Below are positions 16,470 through 28,712 of a DNA stretch of 64,000 nt, piece by piece. A program made the position numbers and the translations under genes. Below the pieces are notes generated by a model that saw only the letters and a list, made by a program, of their open reading frames with translations, was not told where the DNA came from and did no database searches. Source of the stretch: the human T2T-CHM13v2.0 reference genome, Homo sapiens; NCBI RefSeq assembly GCF_009914755.1, contig NC_060933.1; one strand, written 5' to 3'. Position 1 is the first letter of the stretch, and each line of letters starts with the position of its first letter.

Positions 16470-19269
16470 TGTATTAGTCTGTTCTCCCACTGATATAAAG
16501 AATTACCTGGAACTGGGTAGTTTATAAAGAATAGAGGTTTAATTGACTCACAGTTCCACAGGTTGTACAGGAGCAATGGCTGAGGAGGCCTCAGGAAACT
16601 TACAATCATGGTGGAAGGTGAAGAAGGGGAAGCAGGAACATCTTCATGTGGCAACAGGAGAGAGAGAGTGAAGGAGGTTAGTGCTACACACTTTTAAACA
16701 ACCAGATCTCATGAGAACTCACTCACTATCATGAGAACAGCAAGGGGGAAATCCACCCCCATGATCCAATCACCTCCCACCAGGTCCCTCCCCTAACACT
16801 GAGGATTATAATTCAACATGAGATTTGGGTGGGGGCACAGAGCCAAACCATATAATTCCACCCCTGGCCCCTCCAAAGTCTCATGTCTTTCTCACATTTC
16901 AAAACCAATCATGCCTTCCTAACAGTCCCCCAAAGTCTTAACTCATTCCAGCATTAACTTAAATTTCAAGTCCAAAGTCTCATCTGAGACACGTCAAGTC
17001 CCTCTGCCTATGAGCCTGTAAAATAAAAAACAAGCTAGCTACTTCCATGATACAATGGGGGTACAGGCATTGGGCAAATGCTCCCATTCCAAAAGGGAGA
17101 AATTGACCAAAACAAAGGGGCTATAGGCCCCATACAAGTCCAAAACCCAGCGTGGCAGTCATTAAATCTTAAAGCTCCAAAATAATCTCCTTTGACTCCA
17201 TGTCTCACATCCAAACAACACTGATGCAAGGGGTGCACTCCCAAGGCTTTGGAATATTTCAATCAATCAATCAGTCAATAGACTCCCTCCTATACCATAT
17301 TGATGTACTGTTAATGGCAACAGATGATTTCTGCCACAGGGGTGACAACATCAACCAGACTAGACAAAGAGATTGGCACTAGGAATTCCACAAGAGGTGA
17401 CCATTTATAAGAACCTGGAATGGACCTCCATCCCTGTGATTCTGCAGGGCAAAGCCCCCACAGCTGCTTTCACAGGATGGCATTGAGTGCCTGCAGCTTT
17501 TCCAGGTGCATGGTGCAGGCTGTCAGTGGATCTACCATTCTGGGGTCTGGAGGATGATGGCCCCCTTCTCACAGCTCCAGTAGGCAGTGCCCCTGTGGGG
17601 AGTCTGTGTGGGGGCTCCAAACCCACAATTCCCCTCTGCACTGCCCTAGGAGAGGGTCTCCATGAGGGCTCTGCTTTTGCAGCAGACTTCTTCCTGGACA
17701 TCCAGATATTTCCATACATCCTCTGAAATCTAGGCAAAGGTTCCTAAGCCTCAACTCCTGCCTTCTTTGCACCCATAGTCTCAACACCACATGGAAGCCA
17801 CCAAGGCTTGGGGCTTGCACCCTCTGAAGCAATGGCCAAGTTGTACCTCAGTCCCTTTTAGCCACAGCTGGAACTGGAGCAGCGAGGATGCAGGGCACCA
17901 CGTCCAGAGGCTGCACAGAGCAGCAGGGCCCTGGGCCTGGCCCACTAAATTATGTTTCCCTCCTAGGCTTCCAGGCCTGTGATGGGAGGGGCTGCCTCAA
18001 AGGTTTCTGTAATGCCCTGGAGGCATCTTCCCCATAGTCTTGGCTATTAACATTTGCCTCCTCTTTACCTACGCAAATTTCTGCAACTTTGAATTCTTCC
18101 CCAGAAAATGGGTTTTTCTTTTCTACCACATGGTTAGGCTGCAAATTTCCCAAACTTTTATGCTGTGCTTCCCTTTTAAATATAAGTTCCAATTTCAGAC
18201 CATCTCTTTGTGAACACATATGAGTATATGCTGTTAGAAGCAGCCAGGTTATGTCTTGGATGCTTTGCTGCTTAGAGATTTCTTCCACTAGATACACTAA
18301 ATCATCTCTCTCAAGTTTAAAGTTCAACAGATCTCTAGAGCAGGGGCACAATGCCACCAGTCTCTTTGCTAAAGCATAGTGAGAGTGACCTTTACTCTAG
18401 TTCCCAATAAGTTCCTCATCTCCATCTGAGACCTCATCAGCCCGGCCATCTCTGTCCACATCACTATCAGTATTTTGGTCAAAACCATTCAACAATTCTC
18501 TAGGAAGTTCCAAACCTTCCCTCATTTTCCTGCCTTCTTCTGAGCCCTCCAAGCTGTTCCAACCTCTTGCCCATTACCCAGTTCCAAAGTAACTTCCACA
18601 TTTTTAGATATCTTTATGGCAATGCCCCACTTCTTTGGTACCAATTTTTTGTATTAGTTCATTCTAACACCGCTATAAAGAACTACCTGATACTGGGTAA
18701 TGTATAAAGAAAAGAGGTTTAATTGACTCACAGTTCCATAGGCTGTAAAGAAAGCATGGTTGAGAAGGCCTCAGGAAGATTACAATCTTGGTGGAAGGTA
18801 AAGGGGAGGCAAGCATATCTTCACAGGGTGGCAGGAGAGAGAGAGGAGGGAAGTGCTACATGCTTTTAAACAACCAGATGTTATGAGAACTCACTCACTA
18901 TCACGAGGACAGTGTGTTAGTCTGTTCTCACGCTGCTAATAAAGACATACCTGAGACTGGGTAGTTTATTTAAAAAAAAAGAGGTTTGATGGATTCACAG
19001 TTCCACGTGGCTGGGAGGCCTCACAATCATGGCGGAAGGCAAAGGAGAAGCAAAGTCACATCTTACATGGCGGCAGGCAAGAGAGCATGTGCAGGGGAAC
19101 TCCCTTTTATAAAACCGTCAGATCTCGTGAGACCTATTCATCATCATGAGAACAGCGTAGGAAAGACCTGCCCCCGTGATTCAATTACCTTCCACCAGTC
19201 CCTCCTCCAACAGTGAGAATTACAATTCAACATGAGATTTGGGCAGGAACACAGATCCAAACCATTTCA
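16470..19269 (-). mobile_element. MaLR (MSTA-like) provirus: LTR 16470-16855, internal ~16856-18649, composite LTR 18650-19269
   Basis: Two antisense LTRs (TGTATTAG...CAAACCATATA/TTTCA) flank a THE1/MST internal region; 5-bp TSD GTGAC/GTGGC with 1 mismatch. Confidence 0.88.
17261..17426 (+). repeat. 166-bp local duplication, copy 2, inserted in the MaLR internal region
   Basis: Identical to 16274-16439 apart from about 6 substitutions. Confidence 0.92.
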
Positions 19270-20209
19270 GTGGCCTTGGCCAACCCACCATGCTGAGACA
19301 CTTCAAACCCAGACCTGTTCTCCTGGGACCAAACAGGCCTTTGGCAATCCCAGCACTTCCAAGACATCCTGTTGCTCCAGGTATTGACCAGTGCCACCCA
19401 GAAAGATATCCTCATCAGCACTGTAGCTCATGCTACCTCCTCACCTCCTACGTGACACAGACCATCTCTGTCCTGGTCATTTTAATTCGCCCTTTCCCCA
19501 GGGCCTTATGGGGCCAAGTCTCTCCATAACTTGATCAGCAGAGGGGAAATTGGATCAGGGTGTGCAGATCGTTGCCTGCTTCTTACTTTGTGAATGTCAG
19601 AAGCCCCCAGGCACAGAGACCTGCTTGTTTCCAAAGTCTCATCTTTGAAAAGCAGATGGCAAGGCTTAGGCTTGATTGAATTTGTGTTTATGTATGTGAT
19701 GCATTTGATTGTAGCTGGAGGGAGGCTGCCTGGTCCAATAGCTAATTTGGCCCATCAACAGGGTTTAAACCTACTTACCTGTTAGAAACTATTTGTTCCA
19801 TGGAGGCAGTTGTGCCTTTGGCTGGTGGCATAACAGCCAGCGTCTGAGCGTCCCCCTTGACCAAAGCCTTTTGAACCTGTGGGTTGATTTCAATTAGGGA
19901 GCCCAAAGTCCTTGGCTCCACAGCCCGGGCTCTGAGGACTGATGCTATAGAGCCGTGGGTACAAGTGTATGAGGGCCGGCAGACAAAGGCAAGAGTTGCA
20001 CCGCTGTCACTCATAGTTTAAGAAACAAACGACCCACATATTTATCAACAGGGAGTTGGCTAAATCAATCAGAGACCATGCATGCAGTGGGATACTTGAG
20101 AGCTGTCAAAGGCGGAGGCAGCACTGAGCGTGTATACTCAACATATATCCAACATGCACGTGGAAAACACCAGTGGCAGGACAGTGTGTACAGCAGGCCA
20201 TTTAACAAA

Positions 20210-20806
20210 CAGTGATGGCTCCTCAAAAATTAAAAGTAGAATTATCACAGGATGCATCAATGCCATTTCTGGGTACACACTCAAAGGAATTCACAACAAG
20301 GATTCAAAGAGGTATTTGCACACCCAGCAGCATGATTCACAACAGCTAAAAGATGAAGCAACCCAACTGTCCATCTACTGATGATGGATACATCTAGTGT
20401 GATCATTCATACAATAGACTCTTCTCCAGCCTTAAAAGGCAAGGAAGCTCTGACACATGTTACAACCTGGATTCACCTTGAGGATAGTATGCTCAGTGAA
20501 ATAGACCAGACACAAAGGATAAATCCTGTATGGCTCTATGTCTATGTGGTCTTAGAGTCATCAAAATCATGGAGACAGAAAGTAGAATGGTAGGTGCCCA
20601 GGGCTGGGGGAGGGGGAATAGGGAGCTGTTGTTTCATGGGCACAGAACTTCAGTTTTGCAAGATGAAGCGTTCTGAAGACAGATGGTGGTGATGGTTGCA
20701 CGGTAATAGGAATATGCACTGAAAGCCATTGAACTGCACGCTTACAGTGGTTAAGGCGGGACATTTTACATGATGTGACAAATCAATAATAAACAATTTT
20801 AAAAAT
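20210..20806 (+). mobile_element. L1M (L1MB-like) 3' fragment
   Basis: Typical L1MB 3' motifs: GCTCAGTGAAATAGACCAGACACAAAGG, GACAGAAAGTAGAATGGT, CAGTTTTGCAAGATGAA. Confidence 0.8.
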
Positions 20807-22589
20807 TTCAGAGAATGAAAAGCTGTTCTGACAGACGACATATTGAGCTGTTAATGGTAGTCGTATTTGAGGGAGTGATTCTGCGCCGTGTTTTTCAGGC
20901 TTGTCTGGATGTTTATAATGATAGAGCTCGCCACCGTGGAGGGAGCCCTCACTAAGCACAGATGGTCCAGCCTCTGCCTGCACTGACTCGGGGAGCCCCC
21001 AGCCTGAGGAAATGCGAGTGTAATTCTGTCACTGTCCCCATAAGCTGAGGAAACAAGGTACAGAGGTTGAGGAACATGCACCTGCCTCTTTCTGCCTTTG
21101 TCTTGATTACTTCTCTGGGATAAGGACCATGTCCCTCCCAGTGAAACTCACCTAAATGTCAAGGGACAGCACTCCTGAGCCTCAGCCTCCACATTGCTTG
21201 CCCCCGGGTAGGACCACAGATGCCCCCTCGGCCCTGGGCGCTGAGGCCAGTGGAAGCCCTGCTGAGCCTGCGAGGCTCTGCCCTTCAGCATCTCTGGGAT
21301 CAGGTTTCCAAGAACACCTGGCCCCGAAATGGGCATGGGGGGTGGGATGAGGGCTGACTGACCACTCAGACCTTGGGGCCCAAGTCCCCTGTTCTCAGCC
21401 AAGGCCCAGGGAGTCAGGGCAGGTCCGGGGGTCCTGGGCTGGGTGGCGCCGGTCTCAGCCACATAAGTCTGTGTCCAGTGGGGTGTGGCAGCCTCGAGCT
21501 CCAGGGGTTGGTGGTGAAGTGGCCCATAAGCCCTGAGCGGGGGTCTGAGGGCTGGTCGCTGGCATTGTAGCCTTTGCCAGGCAGCTCACTCGAACCCTGC
21601 CCGCCCACTCTGAGGCTGCCATAGCCCCCATCTTGAGAGTCAGCAGAGCCTGCATGGAACCGCCCGGGAGGCCCAGGCCAGCCTTCCTCTCCAGACTCCA
21701 TGGACGCCAGACGCCACGCTCTTCCAGGCCTACCACTCTGCAGCCACCACCCATGACCACGGAGCCCTGGCCAGTGCCACTTGTCTCTAGGCCTCGGCAT
21801 CCTAAGTTGTGAAATGGTGACAGTCAGGGCCTCCATGTGACTTGGAAGGGTTGGGTGCCCTCACTCACGAGAACGCCCAGTGCCTGCATGCTCGCCTAGG
21901 GAAGAGGCAGGTGGGCTGCAGACACGGCTCCTACGAGCCTGTGGACTCAGAGGGCATCTCAGGACTCGGGAGCCCAGACCACAACCTGGTGACAGCTGTC
22001 CCACACAGGGCTCCCACTGCACATGGCATGGTGCAAAGGGCATTGACCCTCAATTCTCACCACAACCCCCATCTCCTGGGCCTGCCCAAGGCAACTGGTA
22101 CCCCACAACTTCCTGCATCTCTGCCCCCCCCTCCCACCCTGGGGTGGGCTTGGCTGTGTGAGTGGACTTGGCCCACCAGCCGGCAGCCCCCATGCTGGGC
22201 TCTGATACCCCAGGAGCATCCTTCTGCCAGTGAGGGATGGGTGTGGGAAGGTGAGGGCCCCGGCTTCTTCACCCTTGATGTGACAGTTTTGGGGTGCATT
22301 CCACAGTCTCTCCAGGGTCCCCTTGGAACTGAGTCCCTACTGCCCATGGAGGAAACTGATTATGAAAGTACGGTTCGTGAGTGTTCCCACTCCCCTGCCC
22401 ACCCGTCTCCGCACACTCTGAGCTCTCCTTCCACACAGCCTGCTCACATCCAGACCCTTGCCTCAGCGTCTGCTTTTGGGAGAACCAAAACCATAACAGG
22501 ACAAAAAGAAGGGAACACAGTCTCCGACTGCACTTGGGGGTCCCACCAGAGTGTGACGGTGCCAGCAGACACTAGGAGAGGAGGGCGCT

Positions 22590-23025
22590 TGTATTTCCTG
22601 TGGCCACTGTAACAAATGACCAAAAACTCTGAGGCTTAAAACAACACGATTTTTTTTTTTTTACAGTTCTGGAGGTCAGAAGCTCTAAAATCAAGGTGTC
22701 TGCAGAGCTGGCTCCTTTTGGGGGCTCTGGGAGGGGAATCTGTTCCCACCTTTTCCAGCTACCAGAGGCCTCCACATCCCTTGGCTCATGGCCCCTGCTC
22801 CGTCTTGGAAGCAGCCTCCTCTCCTTGGACCCCATCAATGCATCTCCTTCTCTCTCTCGTAGGACCTTTGTGATGACATGGGGTCCACCCAGCCAATCCA
22901 AGACCACCTCCCACCTCCGGGTCCTTAATCTAATCACACTGAATGTCCCTTCCCCAGGTAGCCTACCCGACTTGCAGGGATCTGGACGTGGCCATTGGGG
23001 GACATCCCTCTGTCTGTCACACCAC
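22590..23025 (-). mobile_element. MLT1 (MaLR) LTR
   Basis: CTGTAACAAATGACCA...GGCTTAAAACAACAC...ACAGTTCTGGAGGTCAGAAG...AATCAAGGTGTC. Confidence 0.8.
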
Positions 23026-23751
23026 ACGCCAGAAGCTCAGAGAGATTCCAGGGAGGGAGGCGGATTCTCATGTTCTCCGAGACCCTCCTGGGCCAGAGCC
23101 CTGCCTGTTGGACCCTGTGATGTCAGTGGGTGCAGCAGCCCCCGAGATGGATGCGGGTGAGGGCAGCCCGGGGCTGTCTCGCTAGCCCTCACTGCATCGG
23201 CCCCATTCTGGGTCAATGGTAGGTCAACCTGGTGGATCTCTGAGGTGACCAAGCTTACTGACAGATGAACTACAGCCTCAGGAAGAGGGTCATGGCTGGC
23301 AGGAGCCAGCGGGGGGCAAGACCAGCAGCCCTGAGTGCTGGTGCAGGCCACGCAGGGCCCAGCCTCTGTAGCCAGAAGTCAGCGCCAGTGCCGGTCCTGA
23401 GCAAGATGGCCATTTCACAGATGAGGAAAGAAGGCTCAGGGCTGTGGGGACTGTCCGGGTGGGTCACATGGCCGGCAGGTTTCAGGGCCTCTCTTTCCAT
23501 CTGGTGCCCACAGTTACGCTGTGGCTTGGGTGTGGTCTGGAGCTACTGCCTCAGGACCCACCACCATCCTGGCAGTGTGGTCCCTTCAGAAAAGCTGAAA
23601 ATGCAAAAGTCAGGCACATGCACCTCCCCCCATAGCAGTCACGCATCCTTATGGAGAAAAGGAGAAGCAGGACCCAGAAAGGGTTTCCCTGTAAGATTCC
23701 TCAGGGCCCAGCAGGCCTCAGCCCCAAGATTGAGGCCAAATTATTGGAGGG

Positions 23752-23773
23752 GTGTGTGTGTGTGTGTGTGTGT
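23752..23773 (+). repeat. (GT)11 microsatellite (DBH 5' STR) beside the 19-bp ins/del locus
   Basis: Direct count of GT units; about 4.6 kb upstream of DBH. Confidence 0.85.
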
Positions 23774-24229
23774 AAAACTGAGTATGTGAGCATGAGCCCA
23801 GAGCTGGGGGTGCAGGCCACGCAGGTGTGAGAGTCCACCTCCCCATCTCGCTGACCCCTGTGTATGGAGGAGAGATGGAGGCGGGGGAGGCTGTGTCCTG
23901 CCCAGGCCAGCCGCCTGCCAGTGACAGTGGAGGACTTGCTCACAGTGGGGCTGCTTGGGGTCACACAGGAGTGGCCTGGCAGGCCTGGCAGCCCCAGCCC
24001 TGGAGCCAGCCACAGACTCCTGGGTTCTGCTTCCCTGGGAGCTTCCAGGGGAGTGTCACTGGGGCTCACGATACCGACCCCTTCTGGGATCAGTGGCCCC
24101 TTGCTTTTGGCACAGAGCTTCAGGGCCAGAGGGTGCCTCTAATCCAGTAGCTGAGGAAAGCTTTCAGTGGTGCTCTGGGCACCTCTGTGACCTGCCCTGG
24201 GCCCAGTCCTCATGCTGATCCCACTGTAG

Positions 24230-24733
<504 letters not shown>

Positions 24734-27700
24734 TAGGCCAGCTGCCCCAAGTTCCCCAAGGGGACTGTGCCACCCTGGAGTGGGCTCTGTGATGGACAGA
24801 GTCACCGTCTCCCAGCAGCTCCCAATCCATCCCATCACAAGTCAGGTCTAGGCACTGCCATCAGACTGATAGTTGAATTTTTCCTGCCAAGAGGAGGTCC
24901 CTAAGAGCCTGAGCCACAGGCGAGGGACAGTGCTGTCCTGTGGCCAGGCCCCGTTGTCACTGGGGAGTGGCCTGGCCTGTTCACTCACCCAGCTCCAGTC
25001 TGCACCACCGTCGCTCCACTTGGGGTTGTCACTGCCTGAGGTTAGGACGTCAGCAGAAGCCAGCCTCATGTGGCAGAGGCGATGGGGAATTACAGCCTGC
25101 AAAGGCTGATGGCATCAGAGAGATTCAGGAAAGCAAAGGGCTTATTAAAAAGCTGAAATTGGTTCTAAACAAGGTCAGCCGTCGATGCGCCTTGGAGGGA
25201 AGCCAGGCGCTGAGCAGCAGGAATGGGGCTTATTTCCTGACACCGTGGCCGTGACACCCTGCACCTCCCCGGCCTACCCCACCCCCAACCCCACTCCCAC
25301 CCCCATTCCCATCCCCACCCCCACCGCCACCTCTGGAGGGCAACGTGCACCCAGACACTGGAGCAGAGGCAGCAGGGGTGGGAGCAGGGAGGAAAGCCCC
25401 CCGCGGGGCACCACAGGGAGGCATGTGGCCAAGAGAGCACCTGGCAAGCAGGTGTCACCTCTGAGGAGGGTGAGGGCAGGAGGAGAGCTGACTGTTGCTT
25501 CCTTACCCTGGGGTCGGATTGCTCCCTTTTAAAATCCATTAATGCAAGGAAGGGCGCAGCCACGGGGCCATCCGATTGGATTCGCTCCCTCCCGCCCGGC
25601 CCCAGTCTCCGCAGATTTTCTCTGCGGTTGCATTTTTCATCTGAGCGTCCCTTCCTCTTGACTCCAGTGGAATTTTTCTGACCTTGGCTGACAAGGTGTG
25701 CAGCCCCCTCCAGCTCAGGGCACCCTCTTTGGGGTGCTTGCCCCAGGCACTGGCCCACCCTGTGAGCTCAGGCGCATTGTCTCGCCTCTCCGAGGCTGAC
25801 TCTCCTGTGTCTGAGACAGGGATGATCGCACACCCAGCCACCCAAGGCTGGCCAGGATGGAGGCAGGGCAGGGGAAGCCCTGGTGCGGCCTGACTTGTGT
25901 CTCCTGTCCCTCCCTAGGACTTAGTTATCAGTATTTTGGAATCAGCTGAATCATTTCTGTCAAATGCTAGAGGAAAGCCAGTTTTGAGTTGGATAAAGAA
26001 AATGTCTTTGATTCCTGTTAAAAATAAACATGTGTGCATAACACTGCTGAGCACGAGACCGCACCTGCCGTCCCTCCTTAGAGCTCCCAGCAGCTGTTGG
26101 TCTTTGGCGTATCCGGGAGAGGAGCGAGGCCTGGAGGTGTGTTGAGCCGTCCAAGGGCTGGTAGCATCAGGGGCTCTTCACTGCCTCTCGCTCCACAGAA
26201 CCGCTGGGTTGAAGGAAGCTGGAGGGATCAATTGTCCTTGTCATCCAACTTCCTGTGTCTGTAGATGGGGAGGAGGCGCTGGGTTGGAAAGCGCTTCTCT
26301 GAGGACGCCAGCTGCGCATTCAGGAGGGCGGAGCAGGATATGACCCCAGAGCTCTGACCCCGGAGGAGCAGGAGGGGTGCCTGGGGCCTCAATACCCCAG
26401 AGGGGAGAGAGGTGCCCCCCTTCCCACAACGCGGGCCCCAGCTGGTGCTCGTTTAGCCTGTTGTCTAGCTGGAGCCACCTGGGTGGCCACCAGGCTGCTG
26501 GGAGGGCTCACCCCTGAGCTGGGTGTGCTGTGGAGCCCGTGACCCTCACCTCTGCCTCTGCTGGCTTTTGTTATCCCGTGCTGGGAACACCAGTGCCTGC
26601 CCACCCCGGAGGCTCTTCGTATCACCGGCTCGCTGTGGCCGCTCCCCAGTCCCGAGAGTGAATGTCCGGGATGCAGCAGACACCTGCTTACAAGGCACAG
26701 GTGAGGAGGTTTTGGAACTAATCTGAGGCATGAAGGTGAGGTGCTCTCAGGCGACGGAGGTGGCATGTCCTGATGGGAAAGCCAGGCCTTCGGAGGCTGA
26801 GACCCTTCCCAAGGCTCACCAGAGAACTCCCAAGAGTGTCTTTCCCCTGGCCTGGGAGACAATTTCACACCAATGCCACACTCTATTGCACAGGTGATTA
26901 TGCACTTGGTCCTCACCTGCCTGGGCTGTGGGTGGGGGCGAACGGTGCCCCTCTGGGTGCAATCAGTGGGGAGGGGCTCATGGCCTGAGCTTGGCTTTGC
27001 AGGATGGCCTGGCCACTGTGGGGCAGAGAGCACTGCCTGCGAGGGCCAGGGGAAGGCTGGCACTTTCTCCAAATTTCACGTTCGTGCAAAGACACAGTCA
27101 TTCCTTTCTACAGCGTAGAGCTCAGAGCTGAAGCAGCCTCCAGACCTGCTGTCATGGGTATTTAAGGACCTAAATGTTGCTGTCAGCCTATGACATGAAT
27201 GTGCCCCTAAGGCTAGATTCTGGGTTTCTCCAGAGAGACGAGAAACAGGAGGGAAAAGGAAGGAAGGGAGGGAGGAGGCTGGGGAGGAGGGACAGCTTCT
27301 AGTCCAGCTGGAGAGATCTGTCAACCCAGCCTGGGGGGTGGAGCTGGAGGGATCAAGCAGAATGTCCTGAAGGCAGCTGCCCTCAGTCTACTTGCGGGAG
27401 AGGACAGGAGGGAGAGGTGCCGTGGTGAGACTGACCCTCGGGCCCACGGGTGGATGATGGCAAAGGTCCTGTGGCAGGTGTGGGAGAAGCAGGGCTGCGG
27501 CCAGCTGCCCTGAGAGGCTTCAAATTCAGGCCAGATCTGCTCTGGGCAAGAGGAAGCTGTGGGTTTGGGAGCTTCAGAGACAGGGGAGCAGGCCTGTCAC
27601 TCACCCTCTTTTCCTTAAAGGCTGTCACCCCCAGCAGTGCACCCTGCAGCCTGCCTATCCCCTGTGCAGCTCCAGCTCCGTCTGTCCCCAGCAATGCACC

Positions 27701-28183
27701 CCACGCCCATGTCCCCCACTCCCTATGATGCTCTCGCGCCTTCTGGAGCAGCAGTGGTACCAGCTGGAGGCTGTGGAAAAATTGAGAGGAGACAAAAGTG
27801 GGAAGAGCAGGCCGTGGAGAGAGTGTCTAAACACAGGGACTATTTGGAGATTGTCTTATTTTTGGTTTGAAATGGGCCCACCTGCTAGTATTGTACAAAC
27901 GGCTCTGCTCGCTAGGCCAGGCCTGCAGTGGCTACGGGCCTATCCTTCACTGGTCAGCCTGGAGCAGCTCCTCGGACCTCAGTCTGCTCATCCGTGGGTA
28001 GAGGCGACGCAGACCCCATCCCACTGGGGACTGGGCCAGACAGCCTGTGAGGCAGTCAGCTGGTGCCTGGCCAGAGGGTGTCTGAAAGGCCTCTTGGCTG
28101 CAGGGTGCATCTGCTTTTGGGACAGCTCTTCAGAGCCATCTCAGAAGGGACAGCATCCGCCTGTCTACTTCAACTCCCACTGA

Positions 28184-28191
28184 TGACGTCC
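28184..28191 (+). promoter_or_regulatory. DBH: DBH promoter CRE/AP1 element
   Basis: TGACGTCC about 180 bp upstream of the TSS; the established DBH cAMP response element. Confidence 0.9.
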
Positions 28192-28196
28192 ATGTG

Positions 28197-28213
28197 TCAT
28201 TAGTGCCAATTAG
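28197..28213 (+). promoter_or_regulatory. DBH: PHOX2A/2B homeodomain site (PBD1/domain IV)
   Basis: TCATTAGTGCCAATTAG with two ATTA cores adjacent to the CRE. Confidence 0.85.
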
Positions 28214-28261
28214 AGGAGGGCAGCAGGCTGAGTGCTTGGCCTGGGGCGCAAGCTTGTGGGA

Positions 28262-28299
28262 GGGAAAATTGGATTCCCCGCTAGACAAATGTGATTACC
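28262..28299 (+). promoter_or_regulatory. DBH: Additional PHOX2 sites (PBD3 AAATTGGATTC; domain II CAAATGTGATTA)
   Basis: Motifs are present in the sequence; function recalled from known DBH promoter studies. Confidence 0.7.
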
Positions 28300-28335
28300 C
28301 GTGCTGCCTGGACCCACCCCATTCAGGACCAGGGC

Positions 28336-28341
28336 ATAAAT
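28336..28341 (+). promoter_or_regulatory. DBH: TATA-like box (ATAAAT)
   Basis: About 30 bp upstream of the presumed TSS and 38 bp upstream of the first ATG. Confidence 0.85.
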
Positions 28342-28373
28342 GGCCAGGTGGGACCAGAGAGCTCACCCCAGCC

Positions 28374-28712
28374 ATGCCCGCCCTCAGTCGCTGGGCCAGC
28401 CTGCCCGGCCCCAGCATGCGGGAGGCAGCCTTCATGTACAGCACAGCAGTGGCCATCTTCCTGGTCATCCTGGTGGCCGCACTGCAGGGCTCGGCTCCCC
28501 GTGAGAGCCCCCTCCCCTATCACATCCCCCTGGACCCGGAGGGGTCCCTGGAGCTCTCATGGAATGTCAGCTACACCCAGGAGGCCATCCATTTCCAGCT
28601 CCTGGTGCGGAGGCTCAAGGCTGGCGTCCTGTTTGGGATGTCCGACCGTGGCGAGCTTGAGAACGCAGATCTCGTGGTGCTCTGGACCGATGGGGACACT
28701 GCCTATTTTGCG
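28374..28712 (+). CDS. DBH: Dopamine beta-hydroxylase exon 1 (signal anchor, start of DOMON domain)
   Basis: MPALSRWASLPGPSMREAAFMYSTAVAIFLVILVAALQG...TAYFA; donor GCG|GTGAGT; 339 nt. Confidence 0.98.

Noticed and set aside
21842-22612. 256-aa plus-strand ORF
   Set aside because: TTG start, no domain similarity, and it runs into an MLT1 LTR.
28194-28373. Apparent 60-aa N-terminal extension of DBH in the ORF track
   Set aside because: The start lies upstream of the TATA box within promoter elements, so it is not in the canonical mRNA.
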